The notes beneath the pieces are model-generated. The model saw nothing but the letters and a program-made list of their open reading frames with translations. It was not told the DNA's origin and searched no databases. Positions 9,849 to 20,204 of a DNA stretch of 64,000 bases are shown piece by piece. Both the position numbers and the translations under genes were made by a program. The stretch comes from Candidatus Latescibacterota bacterium. GTDB lineage: Bacteria; Latescibacterota; UBA2968; UBA8231. Within the stretch, counting starts at the first letter, position 1, and each line of letters starts with the position of its first letter. Where the stretch lies: positions 6,240,001 to 6,304,000 of the forward strand of contig OZ253462.1 of assembly GCA_965261395.1 (NCBI GenBank), written 5' to 3'.

Positions 9849-11893
9849 AAGCCGCGTTGCTGATTGGAGTCCTAACTGCGTGCTTGGTGCAACCGCTAGC
9901 GGCCCGACAAATCCTGCTCATCGGGCAGGACGGGCAGATTTCGTGGACCGGGCGGGTCGAAGGGGCCGAGGGCATCTCGACTATTCGGCCCGAGCACCGC
10001 TCCTTTCTCGACCCCAACATCACTGAGATAGGCCATGCGCCGGCCGACTTGATCGAGTTTGACAGCGCGGATTTTCCGGGCAGCATCTTGCCGCGACGGG
10101 TGGGTGCCGAGCAGAATTTGGCCACAGAAGTGCTGGAGCGCGGCGGCTCGCTGCGCGCACCGACCGTCTTCGACCTGACCGCCTTGCAGTTACAGGTGAT
10201 TTTCGAGGACATGCTCGCGGCCGATCCGACCGGGCAGGCATTCGAGCGCAAAGAAGACGACATTTTGGGGACCCAGATCATTCTCGACCTAGGCGCGCGC
10301 TTTGGGGTCAATCGGGTGCGCTTCTTCCCGCGCAACACGGTCTTTCTCTCGCCCGGCACCCCCTTTCAAAACGACTTTTTGAAAAACTTTGAAGTGGAGA
10401 TCAACGACGGCTTGGTGCTGACCAACTCGGGCAACCCGATTTGGGAAACCTATGCCGTGCGCGACGACAACAGCGACCGGATCACCGAAGTGCTCATCGA
10501 CCCGCCGCGCTACATCCGCTTCATCCGCCTGCGGGCCATGTCGGCCATTCCCTTTGAGATCGAGAAGCTCCAGGTCTTTGGCGAGGGGTTCTTTCCGACG
10601 GCGCGCTATATCTCGCCGATCATCGACATGGGCAGTCCGGCCAATTGGGGCCTCATCCGCACCTTGCAGCAGCAAGTAGGCGCTGCGGACATGGCCGACA
10701 TGCAGTTGCGCACCCGCAGCGGCCACGACCCCAGTCCCCTGGCGTACACCCGCAAGCAGGTGGCTCTGCAAGATGCCCCTGAGATCCCGTTGTCCGTGGG
10801 CAATCCGGGCGAGCCGCTGCTGCGCAACGAGTACTTAAAGCTGCCCGAGCGCGGGCGTCAGGGCGACGATTGGGAGCGCGGCTCAGTGCGCGACGACTTG
10901 GCGAATTGGAGCCCGTGGACCTCGCCTTATGCGCTGGAGGAGCTGGCTGCGGGCACGCAGATTCTCTCGCCTGGCCCCAGCCGCTACTTCCAATTTCGCG
11001 TGGAATTCCAGAGCCAGCACTTGGAGGCGAGCCACATTCTCCAACAGATCGGCCTCGAATTTTCCTCGCCGCCGCTGGCCGATGCCCTCATCGGCGAGAT
11101 CTTCCCCCGCGAGGTTCCGGCCGCGGCGGACGTGCCCTTTGTGTACGCGGTGCGGGCGGAGATGGAGAGCGATCAAGTGCAGGGTTTCAACAGCTTTGAG
11201 GTGTTTACTCCGAGTCGCGTGGGCCGCGTCGAGCGGATCGAGGTTATCGACGCCAGCGGCCAACAGGTGCTCGACCACGCCTTTGCGGTCGCCGATGGGG
11301 TTACAACCGAAGGCGAGGTCGCTATCACCGCCATTGACGACCAGCGCTTTGCAGTAAGTTTCCCGGCCATAAACCAGCACGACGCCGTGCTGAAAATCCA
11401 CTTCGTCAGCCGGGTGCTGGCCTTTAGCACTCGCTTTGGCGGTCGCGCCCTGCTGCTAGAGGAGGATGCCTTTCAGGGTATTACTCCGGGCAACGCGGCC
11501 TTGTTGGAGGAGAGCGACGTGGCGACCGAATCGGGGACGACGGTGCTGAGCCGGGCGGTGAACCAGGGCAGCTTGATCGGCCACTTCGCCCTCGGCAGCG
11601 AAGTCTTGACGCCCAATGGGGACGGGGTGAACGATGTCCTCGACGTCAATTTTGAGGTGCTGGCGGTTATCGGCAAAGCGCGGATTGTGATTGACCTGTG
11701 GGATTTAGGGGGTCGGCGGGTGCGCCGCCTCTTTGAGGCCGAGGGGCAAAACGGCGTGTACGACGCCGTGCATTGGGACGGTACAGATGAGCGGGGCCAG
11801 CGCGTTGCCCCCGGCATCTACTTGGTGCGGACCGAGGTGCAAGGGGATGCGCGCAGCGGGCAGACGGTGCGGACCCTGTGCGTGGCGTACTGA
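9845..11893 (+). CDS. Secreted protein with C-terminal FlgD-Ig/CHU_C-like domain (paralog of 2951 and 11894)
   Basis: ATGA overlap; signal peptide; shared NRVRFFPR, RTRSG, WSPWT, SPGPSRYFQ motifs; TPNGDGVND..CVAY tail. Confidence 0.8.
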   Translation: MKAALLIGVLTACLVQPLAARQILLIGQDGQISWTGRVEGAEGISTIRPEHRSFLDPNITEIGHAPADLIEFDSADFPGSILPRRVGAEQNLATEVLERGGSLRAPTVFDLTALQLQVIFEDMLAADPTGQAFERKEDDILGTQIILDLGARFGVNRVRFFPRNTVFLSPGTPFQNDFLKNFEVEINDGLVLTNSGNPIWETYAVRDDNSDRITEVLIDPPRYIRFIRLRAMSAIPFEIEKLQVFGEGFFPTARYISPIIDMGSPANWGLIRTLQQQVGAADMADMQLRTRSGHDPSPLAYTRKQVALQDAPEIPLSVGNPGEPLLRNEYLKLPERGRQGDDWERGSVRDDLANWSPWTSPYALEELAAGTQILSPGPSRYFQFRVEFQSQHLEASHILQQIGLEFSSPPLADALIGEIFPREVPAAADVPFVYAVRAEMESDQVQGFNSFEVFTPSRVGRVERIEVIDASGQQVLDHAFAVADGVTTEGEVAITAIDDQRFAVSFPAINQHDAVLKIHFVSRVLAFSTRFGGRALLLEEDAFQGITPGNAALLEESDVATESGTTVLSRAVNQGSLIGHFALGSEVLTPNGDGVNDVLDVNFEVLAVIGKARIVIDLWDLGGRRVRRLFEAEGQNGVYDAVHWDGTDERGQRVAPGIYLVRTEVQGDARSGQTVRTLCVAY

Positions 11894-13969
11894 ATGAAAG
11901 GAGACGTCGTGCTGAATAGGATAGAGCGGATGGGCTGGCTGAGCGCGGTGCTGGCGGTGGCTTGGACCACTAGTGTGTGGGGACGCGGCGAATTTCGCCT
12001 CGGCGGCCCAGATGGCAATTCTTGGCAGGCCCTAGTCGCCGAGCAGACGGCTGCGTACGTGCTGCTCGACGCCGAGGGCGGCATCGTCGAGGAGGTGACC
12101 ATTGGCGCGGTCGCCGATGAGGTCAGTGTGCGCTTTAACACCGCGGGCGTCGATACCTTGATTGATTTTGCCGATGGCGGCCTGCGGCCGGTGTACATCG
12201 ATCCGAGCGCAAACCTGGGGCTGTCGATCAAGGAGCGCCAAGGGCACTTTTACACGGCCAGCATTTACGGCGGCACGCACTTGGTAACCGACTCCCAGCC
12301 CTTGCAGTTTCTCGTCGACGGCGATCCGACGACCGCCATGTTGGTGCGAGTGCCCGAGCCGCCGCGCTTGGCCGGCCGCAACAATCCCGGAGTGGTCAAG
12401 AACAACGTCATTCACTTGGGGGCCGAGCTGCCGATCAACCGCCTCCGCTTCTTCCCCCGGCCTGGGTTTGAGGACAACTACTTGGCTTGGTACGAAATCG
12501 GCGTGGCCGACCGCACCGCGCCGTTTTGGGACAGCAACTTTGACCGTAGCCAGCGCGGCAAGCGTTGGTACATGGTTATTGACGCGGCCTTGGGTGCGCC
12601 CAACGACCCGGCCTTTGACATCTTGGCGCGCAACCGCGAAAGCCTCGACGTGGTGGTGGATTTGCGCTTCCCCACCCGCGACCTCAAGTGGGTTGCCATC
12701 CGCCCGCTCGACCCCGAGCGTGACTGGGAAATCGCCGAGTTCGAAATCTATGGCGAGGGCTTTGTGACCCGGACGACGTACCGCACCCCGATCATGGATT
12801 TTGGCCGCGAGGTCGCCTGGAGCAAAATTCGCTGGCAAGGCGAGGTGCCCGAGGGGACTCAGCTTTTGCTCCGCACCCGCACGGGCAACACGCCGCAGCC
12901 CAACATCTACCGCACCATTGGCCCGACCGGCACCCTCGAAGTATCGACCCTCGACGAATACCTGACCCAGCTCGGCCTTCGGCGGTGGGACAATGTGGAG
13001 TTGGGCTACGACCTAGAAAATTGGAGTTCTTGGTCCGCGCCCTATGAGCTCGCCGCTGGGCTGCGGCAGACCGAACTGCCGGCGGATTTGTGGCAGGACG
13101 GCACGCCGGTGCTGTCGCCGAGTCCAGCGCGCTACTTCCAGCTAGAGGCCATCCTGCTCGCCAGCGGCGACGCGGCCCCGCGCATCGACCACATGTCCCT
13201 GCTGTTCTCCGAGGATCCAGTGGCCCAAGAGGTGGTTGGAGAGATTTGGCCGATCTCCACGCAGAGCTTTGCGGCCGAAACCTTCACCTATGTGGTGCGC
13301 CCGGTTTTGCGCGCCAGCGACTTGGGCTTTGACCGGCTGGAGATTTTCACTCAGATCCCGGTGGAACGAGTGCATTCGGTGCTCATCGACGGCGAGGAGA
13401 TCAGCGACCGCTTCCCACCCGAGATCCAAGACGACCGCCTGATAGTCTCGTTCGACCGCTTGGTGGGGCCGCGCGACAACGAGAAGCGGATTGAGGTGGT
13501 TTTCGACGCCAAGGTCTTGCGCTTTGGCGCGGACTTCAGAAGCTGGGTGTACGACAGTGCCGAACCCGAACTCAAGCAGCAGGTCGCCCCGGGCAACGCG
13601 ACGTTCCGCTTTGGCGGCGACGTAGTATCGGTGCGCACGCCCATGGGCGGCGGCCTCATCCGCAGCGTGCAGGCCACGCCGGCGACCTTTACGCCCAACG
13701 GCGACGGCGTCAACGACCAAGTCGCGATTGCCTACGAATTGCGCGACTTGGAGAGCCTGCGGCAGATCCGCTTGCGAATCTACGACCTGTCCGGTCGACT
13801 GGTGCGCCAAATCGCGGCTAGCACCGGCAGCGGTAGCTTTGCCCAAACCTGGAATGGGCGCGACGAAGAGGGCGCACTCGTGCCGCCCGGCATGTACCTC
13901 TACCAGCTCGATTGGGACACCGACAAGGGCCGCGAAGTGGCCAATGGCGCAGTGGGCGTGGCGTATTAG
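11894..13969 (+). CDS. Secreted protein with C-terminal FlgD-Ig/CHU_C-like domain (start may be GTG 11909)
   Basis: NRLRFFPR, RTRTG, WSSWS, SPSPARYFQ motifs; FTPNGDGVND..GVAY tail. Confidence 0.8.
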   Translation: MKGDVVLNRIERMGWLSAVLAVAWTTSVWGRGEFRLGGPDGNSWQALVAEQTAAYVLLDAEGGIVEEVTIGAVADEVSVRFNTAGVDTLIDFADGGLRPVYIDPSANLGLSIKERQGHFYTASIYGGTHLVTDSQPLQFLVDGDPTTAMLVRVPEPPRLAGRNNPGVVKNNVIHLGAELPINRLRFFPRPGFEDNYLAWYEIGVADRTAPFWDSNFDRSQRGKRWYMVIDAALGAPNDPAFDILARNRESLDVVVDLRFPTRDLKWVAIRPLDPERDWEIAEFEIYGEGFVTRTTYRTPIMDFGREVAWSKIRWQGEVPEGTQLLLRTRTGNTPQPNIYRTIGPTGTLEVSTLDEYLTQLGLRRWDNVELGYDLENWSSWSAPYELAAGLRQTELPADLWQDGTPVLSPSPARYFQLEAILLASGDAAPRIDHMSLLFSEDPVAQEVVGEIWPISTQSFAAETFTYVVRPVLRASDLGFDRLEIFTQIPVERVHSVLIDGEEISDRFPPEIQDDRLIVSFDRLVGPRDNEKRIEVVFDAKVLRFGADFRSWVYDSAEPELKQQVAPGNATFRFGGDVVSVRTPMGGGLIRSVQATPATFTPNGDGVNDQVAIAYELRDLESLRQIRLRIYDLSGRLVRQIAASTGSGSFAQTWNGRDEEGALVPPGMYLYQLDWDTDKGREVANGAVGVAY

Positions 13970-13978
13970 GCTGGAGAA

Positions 13979-16708
13979 TTGGCGTTGACTAGGGCTATTC
14001 ACTGTGAGAAGCTGTCTGTAAGCCCCCGGCGGACGTTTGCCTTCTGCGCCGCGTTGCTCGGCCTCGCCCTGGCCGACGGGGCTTACGGTGACCGCTTGGG
14101 ATGGCAACGGGAAGTAGCGCAAAGCCCGGAGGTGTACCTCGACGCCCTCGACCCGGCCCTGCGGCGCTGGTACGTGCCGCAGGTGATGTTTGCCGAATAC
14201 CCGTGGCGGCAGTGGGAGTACACCAACCGCGCACGGCTGCCGTATCAGCGCTACGTGAACATCGACTTGGAGGGCGATTACTTCTACGATCTATACGGGA
14301 ACTACCTGACCCAAGGCTGGCTGATCTTCAACACGGCGCAGAGGCGGCCCGAGGAGGCCGGTAGCTCCCTGTTCAAGACCCAGCGGTTTGCGCAGTGGTT
14401 CAACCAGCTGGTCATCGCCGGCGATCACAAGGGCCAATATCACTACGCGCTGACGGTGAGCAACAACCTGCGGACGACCTTGACGCCGCTGTCGTTTTCC
14501 AAGCCGCGCCTGAACGGCATGCAGATCGACCTCGCCACCGACAAATATCAACTGACCTTTCTCCACTCGCTGGTCACCGGCCCGCGCGGTTTGCAGGTGG
14601 AGGAGAGCCGCTTTACGGACGCGACTTCTCTCGTGGGAGGGCGGTTCACGGCCCAGCTAGGGGATTTCGTGGAGTTGGGCGTACATGCGGTCAACGCCCA
14701 CCAGACCAACAGCGAGTCGGATCAACTCGTAGAGACTCTGTACAAAGGCGGGCTGAACGAGCAGCAGAACGAAACCATTTCCCAGATCGCGATCGCCTTG
14801 CGGGACGACTCGCCGGAAGACGGCCGCGGCGGTGCCGCGTTCTTCCCAGACGCCTCAGACGTGATTATCACCTACCGCGACGGCACGGTGGAGTCGGGCC
14901 GCGACATTCGCTTTGGTCCGGTGATCAGCGGCGGCTTGGAGCGGCAGGGATTTCTCACTGCGGATGGCGACGGGCAGATCAGCCTGCTCTACGACTTTGA
15001 CAGCGCGTCGTTTGTCAACCGCGCCTCGGCCGATAAATCCGAGATCACGGTGGTAGAATTTCGCCTCGTGCTGGCCAACGACTACCAGATCTGGATGAGT
15101 TCGGACCAGCAGTTGGGGGAAGGCGGCGGCTTTGTAACGGTCGGTCGGCCATCGAGCACGTTTAGTTGGACGGGCGAGCGCAGCATTAGCTTGGGCGACG
15201 TATTCGGGGCGGATGTGGAGGACCCGGTTTTCTTGCTGGTGGCGCAGGCCGAGGGCAATGTGCAGGACATATCCAATCTGCGCACGGTCCGCTTTGAATA
15301 CGGCCTGCCAACGGCCACAGCGGTCGCCGGAGCCACGCTCAAGGTGGAAGACGTGCTTGGCTTCGACCTGTATGGCGAATACGACCTGAGCTGGGGCTTC
15401 CGCAAGTATCCCAATGTCGCCGAGGAGACGCACACTTCCTCAGCGGGCATTGGCGACCGGCCCAGCGCGCCGGCGTGGATGGTGAACCTGAGCAAGCACC
15501 TGGGGCGGCTGTCGCTGTTCGGGGAAGTGTATTCGATCGACCCGCGCTACAACACCCAGTCCTTTGTCACCACGACCTCGGGCCTCGATTACGCCCGGCA
15601 GGGCAACCGCTTTGACTTAGTGGAAGACAACGACGATCAAGACCGCTTCCCCGATGGGTTCCGCGCGGATTTTTTGGTCAACGACCGCTTGGTCTTTCCC
15701 GGCTGGGACCTCAACAATGACTTGGTGCCCGACTTCAACCAAAACGACAACCGGGTTAAGGCCAACGCCATTCCAGATTACGAGGAGCCGTTCCTGCGCT
15801 TCTTGGTCGATCGGCCGGAGTTCCTCTTCGGCGTGGATATGAACCACAACTTCTGGGTCGATCTATACGAAAACGACACCGAGCCGGACTACCCCTACCG
15901 CCGCGATCAACAAGGCTTCAACGTCTATGGGGGCATCGACCTGAGCCAGCACTGGCAGCTCAAGGTGGGGGCCTTGCGCGAGGAGCAGATTTCGGCAGAT
16001 CGCAAAAACCACAGCACGTATTTGCAGCTAGGCTACGAGCGGGCTTGGCCGCGGGTGGGTCGGGTGCGGCTCTTTGAGATGAGCCAGTTGGTGCAAGACG
16101 ACATTCCCGATCCGATTTTGCAGTGGCAGCCAGACAACACGCTGCGCGGCGGCAAGCTCGTGCATATCGACGATCCGCTGTTGGCGCGCGATGCTTGGGT
16201 CCACCAGCTATTCGTCGGCCATAGCCTGACCAGCGACGCGCTGTTGGTGATGAGCAAGCTAAACGGGGTCGTCTTTGCGCCGCGACAGGGCGATGCGTCG
16301 GACTTCTTCTTTGGCTTGGTCAACAAGGCCAGCTATCGCCGCACTTGGCGCGGGCTGACCCTAGCGCCGCGCTGGAAGAGCGAGTGGCGCCAACAGAGCC
16401 GGTCGCTGTTTGACCAGGAGGAGCGCACGACGCTGATGGAGCTGTTCTCGCTGCTTTTGGAGACGCAATTATTGCAGGCCACGCGGGTACAGGCCGGTGT
16501 CGAGTACGCGTTGTTCAACGACTTCGACCGCGATATGGAGAGTTTCGACTCCCTGAGCTGGGCCTTGCAGTTGGCGACCGAGTCGGCCTATTTGGGCTAC
16601 CGGATCCAGGCGTTGGCCGGCTTTGTGGTAGAGCGCAAGGCGTTTGCGGAGGCAGAGGCCGCAACGACGACCGAGACCTTTGTCACGCTATACGCCGGCT
16701 TGCAATAG
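13979..16708 (+). CDS. Large exported protein, putative outer-membrane protein (paralog of 6120..8783)
   Basis: Long shared blocks (LDPA.RRWYVPQ, LEGDYFYDLYGN, DRPEFLFGVDMN); ends FVTLYAGLQ. Confidence 0.7.
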   Translation: MALTRAIHCEKLSVSPRRTFAFCAALLGLALADGAYGDRLGWQREVAQSPEVYLDALDPALRRWYVPQVMFAEYPWRQWEYTNRARLPYQRYVNIDLEGDYFYDLYGNYLTQGWLIFNTAQRRPEEAGSSLFKTQRFAQWFNQLVIAGDHKGQYHYALTVSNNLRTTLTPLSFSKPRLNGMQIDLATDKYQLTFLHSLVTGPRGLQVEESRFTDATSLVGGRFTAQLGDFVELGVHAVNAHQTNSESDQLVETLYKGGLNEQQNETISQIAIALRDDSPEDGRGGAAFFPDASDVIITYRDGTVESGRDIRFGPVISGGLERQGFLTADGDGQISLLYDFDSASFVNRASADKSEITVVEFRLVLANDYQIWMSSDQQLGEGGGFVTVGRPSSTFSWTGERSISLGDVFGADVEDPVFLLVAQAEGNVQDISNLRTVRFEYGLPTATAVAGATLKVEDVLGFDLYGEYDLSWGFRKYPNVAEETHTSSAGIGDRPSAPAWMVNLSKHLGRLSLFGEVYSIDPRYNTQSFVTTTSGLDYARQGNRFDLVEDNDDQDRFPDGFRADFLVNDRLVFPGWDLNNDLVPDFNQNDNRVKANAIPDYEEPFLRFLVDRPEFLFGVDMNHNFWVDLYENDTEPDYPYRRDQQGFNVYGGIDLSQHWQLKVGALREEQISADRKNHSTYLQLGYERAWPRVGRVRLFEMSQLVQDDIPDPILQWQPDNTLRGGKLVHIDDPLLARDAWVHQLFVGHSLTSDALLVMSKLNGVVFAPRQGDASDFFFGLVNKASYRRTWRGLTLAPRWKSEWRQQSRSLFDQEERTTLMELFSLLLETQLLQATRVQAGVEYALFNDFDRDMESFDSLSWALQLATESAYLGYRIQALAGFVVERKAFAEAEAATTTETFVTLYAGLQ

Positions 16709-16783
16709 TTGGTTGTATTTGGCGAGTCATTTGACTACATTTGCAGTTCATCGTTCATCGTTCATCTACCCAAGGAGGTAGCT

Positions 16784-17716
16784 ATGAAGCGTCTTTTTAC
16801 CTGTGGCCTTACGGCAATTGCCCTATTGGCCTTTGCGCTAGCCGCCGGGGCGCACGAGCCCCCGGGCGAGGTCTTCCTCGCCGTGCAGTTCCCCGATTCA
16901 CATGTGCCGAACATCGACGGATTTGACGACGATTGGTCGGCGGTGCCGCTCGAAGTGTACGCCGTTCCCAGCTCGAGGCTCTTTTCGGTGCATGGCTTTG
17001 CTGGCGACGACGTGTCGCGCGGCGGCATGGATCCGGCCTCGATGCAGATCCGCCACATCTTAGGCTGGAATGACTCGCGCAACGAAATCTATGTGACGAC
17101 GAAGATATTCGATAACAAGCACACGATTACCCGCCAAGACTTAGGCTCCTATTGGTGGGACGATAGCATTGAGATCGAGTTCAATCCGCGGCACGACTAC
17201 TTGCCCAAGCCCGAAGACGTGGTGACGCACCACAAGTACTCGTTCGCGTTCCCGCCGCTCAACGGCAATTTCGGCCCGGCCCTGCAAACGGCTGCGGTCA
17301 GTAGCGCCGACGTCGAAAACCCGACGCTGTTGTCCAATGGCAGCCGTTGGTACTACTGCACCTATAGCTTCGAGGGCGAAGAGTACGGCGAGAGCACGTA
17401 TATCTACGAGTTCCGCACGATTGCCATTGATTCGTATCCCAGGCCCACCGAGGAGAATATCACGGAAGATCAGGTGATTGAGCACGACCTGACCGCGGGC
17501 GAGGTGATCGGCTTTTCGATTTTCGTCAGCGACGTGGACGACAGTGCCGGCGATGCCGACAACCGCGTCGGTATGTGGGCGACGACTCCGACGACCTGTT
17601 GTCACTCTTCGCAGGACCTGCTCATCTCCCCCATGGACGACACCATTGATTGGGGCGAGGCGACTGCGGTTGAAGCGCAGAGCTGGGGTCGGATTAAGCA
17701 CCAGTATCAGCAGTAA
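16784..17716 (+). CDS. Secreted CBM9/DOMON-like sugar-binding protein with AVEAQSWGRIK C-terminal motif
   Basis: RBS aaggagg; signal peptide; PNIDG..DDW, WWDDSIEI and IGFSIFVSDVD motifs typical of CBM9-like folds. Confidence 0.65.
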   Translation: MKRLFTCGLTAIALLAFALAAGAHEPPGEVFLAVQFPDSHVPNIDGFDDDWSAVPLEVYAVPSSRLFSVHGFAGDDVSRGGMDPASMQIRHILGWNDSRNEIYVTTKIFDNKHTITRQDLGSYWWDDSIEIEFNPRHDYLPKPEDVVTHHKYSFAFPPLNGNFGPALQTAAVSSADVENPTLLSNGSRWYYCTYSFEGEEYGESTYIYEFRTIAIDSYPRPTEENITEDQVIEHDLTAGEVIGFSIFVSDVDDSAGDADNRVGMWATTPTTCCHSSQDLLISPMDDTIDWGEATAVEAQSWGRIKHQYQQ

Positions 17717-17738
17717 TACCCGGTTCCGCACCCCTTGC

Positions 17739-17773
17739 AAAGCCCGCTTGCCCCTATGGCAGGCGGGCTTTTT
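17739..17773. terminator. Rho-independent terminator, probably bidirectional
   Basis: Hairpin aaagcccgcttgcc-cctat-ggcaggcgggcttt plus T tail, between convergent genes. Confidence 0.85.
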
Positions 17774-17778
17774 GCGTC

Positions 17779-18513
17779 TTACAGCCCGAGTAGGCCGCGG
17801 GCATTCTCGCCGAGGATGAGGCGCTTGGCGTCGTCGTCAATGGCCGCGGTGATGATCTTGCCAAGCTGCGGGCGGGGGTCCATCAAGGGAGTATCCGAGC
17901 CAAAGAGAACGCGGTCGGCTCCGGCCTTGGCCACCAGCTCTTCGACGACGCCTGGGGTGCGGAAGGTCGAACAGGTTTCGAGGAAGTAGTTGGGCAAGCG
18001 CTGGGCCGCGGCAATGGCTTGGCCGCGATACGGCTCGATGTTGCCGGAGTGGCCGGCGACGAAGCGGGCGTTGGGGAAGCGCGCAGCCGCGCGGCCAAAC
18101 TGCGCGGGCGCGGCTGTTGGCTCGCCGCCTGTGTGCGCCAAGATTGCGAGGCCGCGCTCAGCGGCAAACTCGTAGATTGGATCCCAAGCCGGGTCATCGA
18201 GCGGAAAGGGCGTATAGGGCGGGTAGATTTTGATCGCCCGGAACCCGAATTCGTCGATGGCCCGTTCCAACTCGGGCTGCACAGTGTCGGGGCAGGTGGG
18301 GCACACATAGGCGAAGCCAATGAAGCGGTCGGGGTGGCGGGCGACAAAAGCCGCTGTCTGGTCGTTGCCGGGTTTGCCGTCGGGATGGAAGATGTTGAAG
18401 ACGCAGCTTTTGTCGATGCCCACCGCATCCATGGCGCGCAGCATCTCGGCCGGGTCATCGACCATGTCGAGGGCATCCCAGCGGCCTACGTGGCCGTGAA
18501 AGTCGATAATCAC
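17779..18513 (-). CDS. Amidohydrolase family protein (Amidohydro_2)
   Basis: IIDFHGH, AIKIYP, LAHTG, GHSG and RVLFGSDTP motifs. Confidence 0.9.
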   Translation of the reverse strand: MIIDFHGHVGRWDALDMVDDPAEMLRAMDAVGIDKSCVFNIFHPDGKPGNDQTAAFVARHPDRFIGFAYVCPTCPDTVQPELERAIDEFGFRAIKIYPPYTPFPLDDPAWDPIYEFAAERGLAILAHTGGEPTAAPAQFGRAAARFPNARFVAGHSGNIEPYRGQAIAAAQRLPNYFLETCSTFRTPGVVEELVAKAGADRVLFGSDTPLMDPRPQLGKIITAAIDDDAKRLILGENARGLLGL

Positions 18514-19289
18514 GCGGCACCTCCGAGAATGCGTTCTAGATTGCCCGCGGTCAAAGCCGCGAGCGCGTCGTCGTCAATGGCTAAGTGGTGCAGGTAAAAG
18601 AGCATTGGCCCCATGGCGTAGCGCGGATAGTAGGAGCCGTAGAGGAAGCGCTCCACGCCAAATTCGCCGATCAGAGCCTCGATACCACCCAGATTCTCAA
18701 AGCGGCTTAGCTCCAGCACCGCTTGGGGCAGTGCCCTGAGCAGGGGGCGCAAGGCGAGGGAATGCATGTAGTGAGCGCCGAGGAGCACTACCTGGACATC
18801 TGGGAAGCGGCGCAAGGTCTCCATAACTTCGGCGACCGGAGTGTCGGCCAGCGAGAGCCACAGGGGGATGCGCTCGGCCGCCAGCCAAGCGAGCAACTCA
18901 CCGTAGATCCAGTCGGCAAAGGGGACGCGGCACGCCTCGGTGTTGTGCAGGCGGACGCTGGAGACCTCGCCCGCGGCGTGAAGCGCTTGCAGTTGCGCCA
19001 ACGAGTCTGCGCCCGGCCCGGCGACCCATTGGGGGACGAGGCCGTCGCCACGCCAAGCGCGCAGGGCTTCGTTGCCCTCAATCGCGCTGATGGTTTCGCC
19101 TTGGAGGTGATAGATCAAGCCGCGCTCCACGCCGTGGCGCTGCATTTCCGCCCGCAAGCCGGCGGCGTCGGCAAACGGCGAGGGCCGGTCGTGGCAGTGG
19201 CCGACGCCGATGTTGGCGTCGAAGACCGGGACGCGGGCGCGGAAGCTCAGGTGCCCGCTGTTTTGCGTCGAGATCGGCTGTGATGCCAT
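18510..19289 (-). CDS. Amidohydrolase-fold protein with degenerate metal ligands
   Basis: VFDANIGVG replaces D-x-H-x-H; RFLYGSYYP and GNLERIL motifs; 4-bp overlap with the previous gene. Confidence 0.75.
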   Translation of the reverse strand: MASQPISTQNSGHLSFRARVPVFDANIGVGHCHDRPSPFADAAGLRAEMQRHGVERGLIYHLQGETISAIEGNEALRAWRGDGLVPQWVAGPGADSLAQLQALHAAGEVSSVRLHNTEACRVPFADWIYGELLAWLAAERIPLWLSLADTPVAEVMETLRRFPDVQVVLLGAHYMHSLALRPLLRALPQAVLELSRFENLGGIEALIGEFGVERFLYGSYYPRYAMGPMLFYLHHLAIDDDALAALTAGNLERILGGAA

Positions 19290-19307
19290 GGCATTTGGCT
19301 CGCAGGG

Positions 19308-20141
19308 CTAGGAGATGTTTTCGCGCTGCTTGACGATGTCTTTGTATTCGTAGTACGGAGCCAATTCGAGCAGGTCAATCGTCTCGGGGTCGAGCCGCTG
19401 GCGAATGGCGTCTGGAAATGGGCGGCGCTGGCCGGTGAGCATGTGCTGGACGTTGTAGCGCAAAATCAGGAAGCGACGGTCGCGGTCGCGGGGTTTCCAG
19501 GTGAGCGCGCCGTGCATGAGGTGCTCGGGCATGATGACGACATCGCCGGCGCGGGCGCAGACATTGTGAACACCCGGGGGCACGGTGTCGGCGACGTAGT
19601 CCGCGTCGCCTTCGGCACCTGGGTAAAACATCCCTTGGGGCCGGTCGAAGTGGGCCTTGTGCGAGCCGGGCAAGATGATGAGGCCGCCGTCGCCGGGAAA
19701 GACATCGCTCAAGTAAAAAAAGAAAATGAAGTCCGTGCAGCGGACCTGGCCGTCTTCGATGTAATAGCGCCGCACATCGGGCCGTTTGGAGGGTTGCCAT
19801 CCGGCGTGCAGGTAGTGGAAGCCGTGGCCGTGGCGGTTATAGCCGAGGGTGCCGCCATTGAGGCGTGGCCGGCGGTCGGTGAGTTCCATGAGGATCGGCC
19901 AAGTCGCCGGATGCCGGGTGAGCACTTCGAGGCTTTGGTCAAAGGCAAAGCCGTGCTGATAGCCGGTGAGGTCGCGGCGCGCGAGGTCCGCGCCGAATTC
20001 AGGCGGCCACTCTGCGGGCGGCATGCTGATGTAGCGGTCGGCCGCTGCCTGGGCGGGCGCGAGCTCCGCTGGGCTAAGCACGTCGCGCAAGTGGAGGTAG
20101 CCGGTCAAATCGAAGAAGTAGCGTTGGTCGGGTGTCATCAT
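19308..20141 (-). CDS. Phytanoyl-CoA dioxygenase (PhyH) family protein
   Basis: YFFDLTGYLHL, GGLIILPGSHK and AGDVVIMPEHLMHG motifs. Confidence 0.85.
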   Translation of the reverse strand: MMTPDQRYFFDLTGYLHLRDVLSPAELAPAQAAADRYISMPPAEWPPEFGADLARRDLTGYQHGFAFDQSLEVLTRHPATWPILMELTDRRPRLNGGTLGYNRHGHGFHYLHAGWQPSKRPDVRRYYIEDGQVRCTDFIFFFYLSDVFPGDGGLIILPGSHKAHFDRPQGMFYPGAEGDADYVADTVPPGVHNVCARAGDVVIMPEHLMHGALTWKPRDRDRRFLILRYNVQHMLTGQRRPFPDAIRQRLDPETIDLLELAPYYEYKDIVKQRENIS

Positions 20142-20204
20142 GGGGGTGGGCCTTTGTTTGGGATGGGTAAGATAGCCGTTGCAAGGGTGCCTTTCAAGCT
20201 CATT

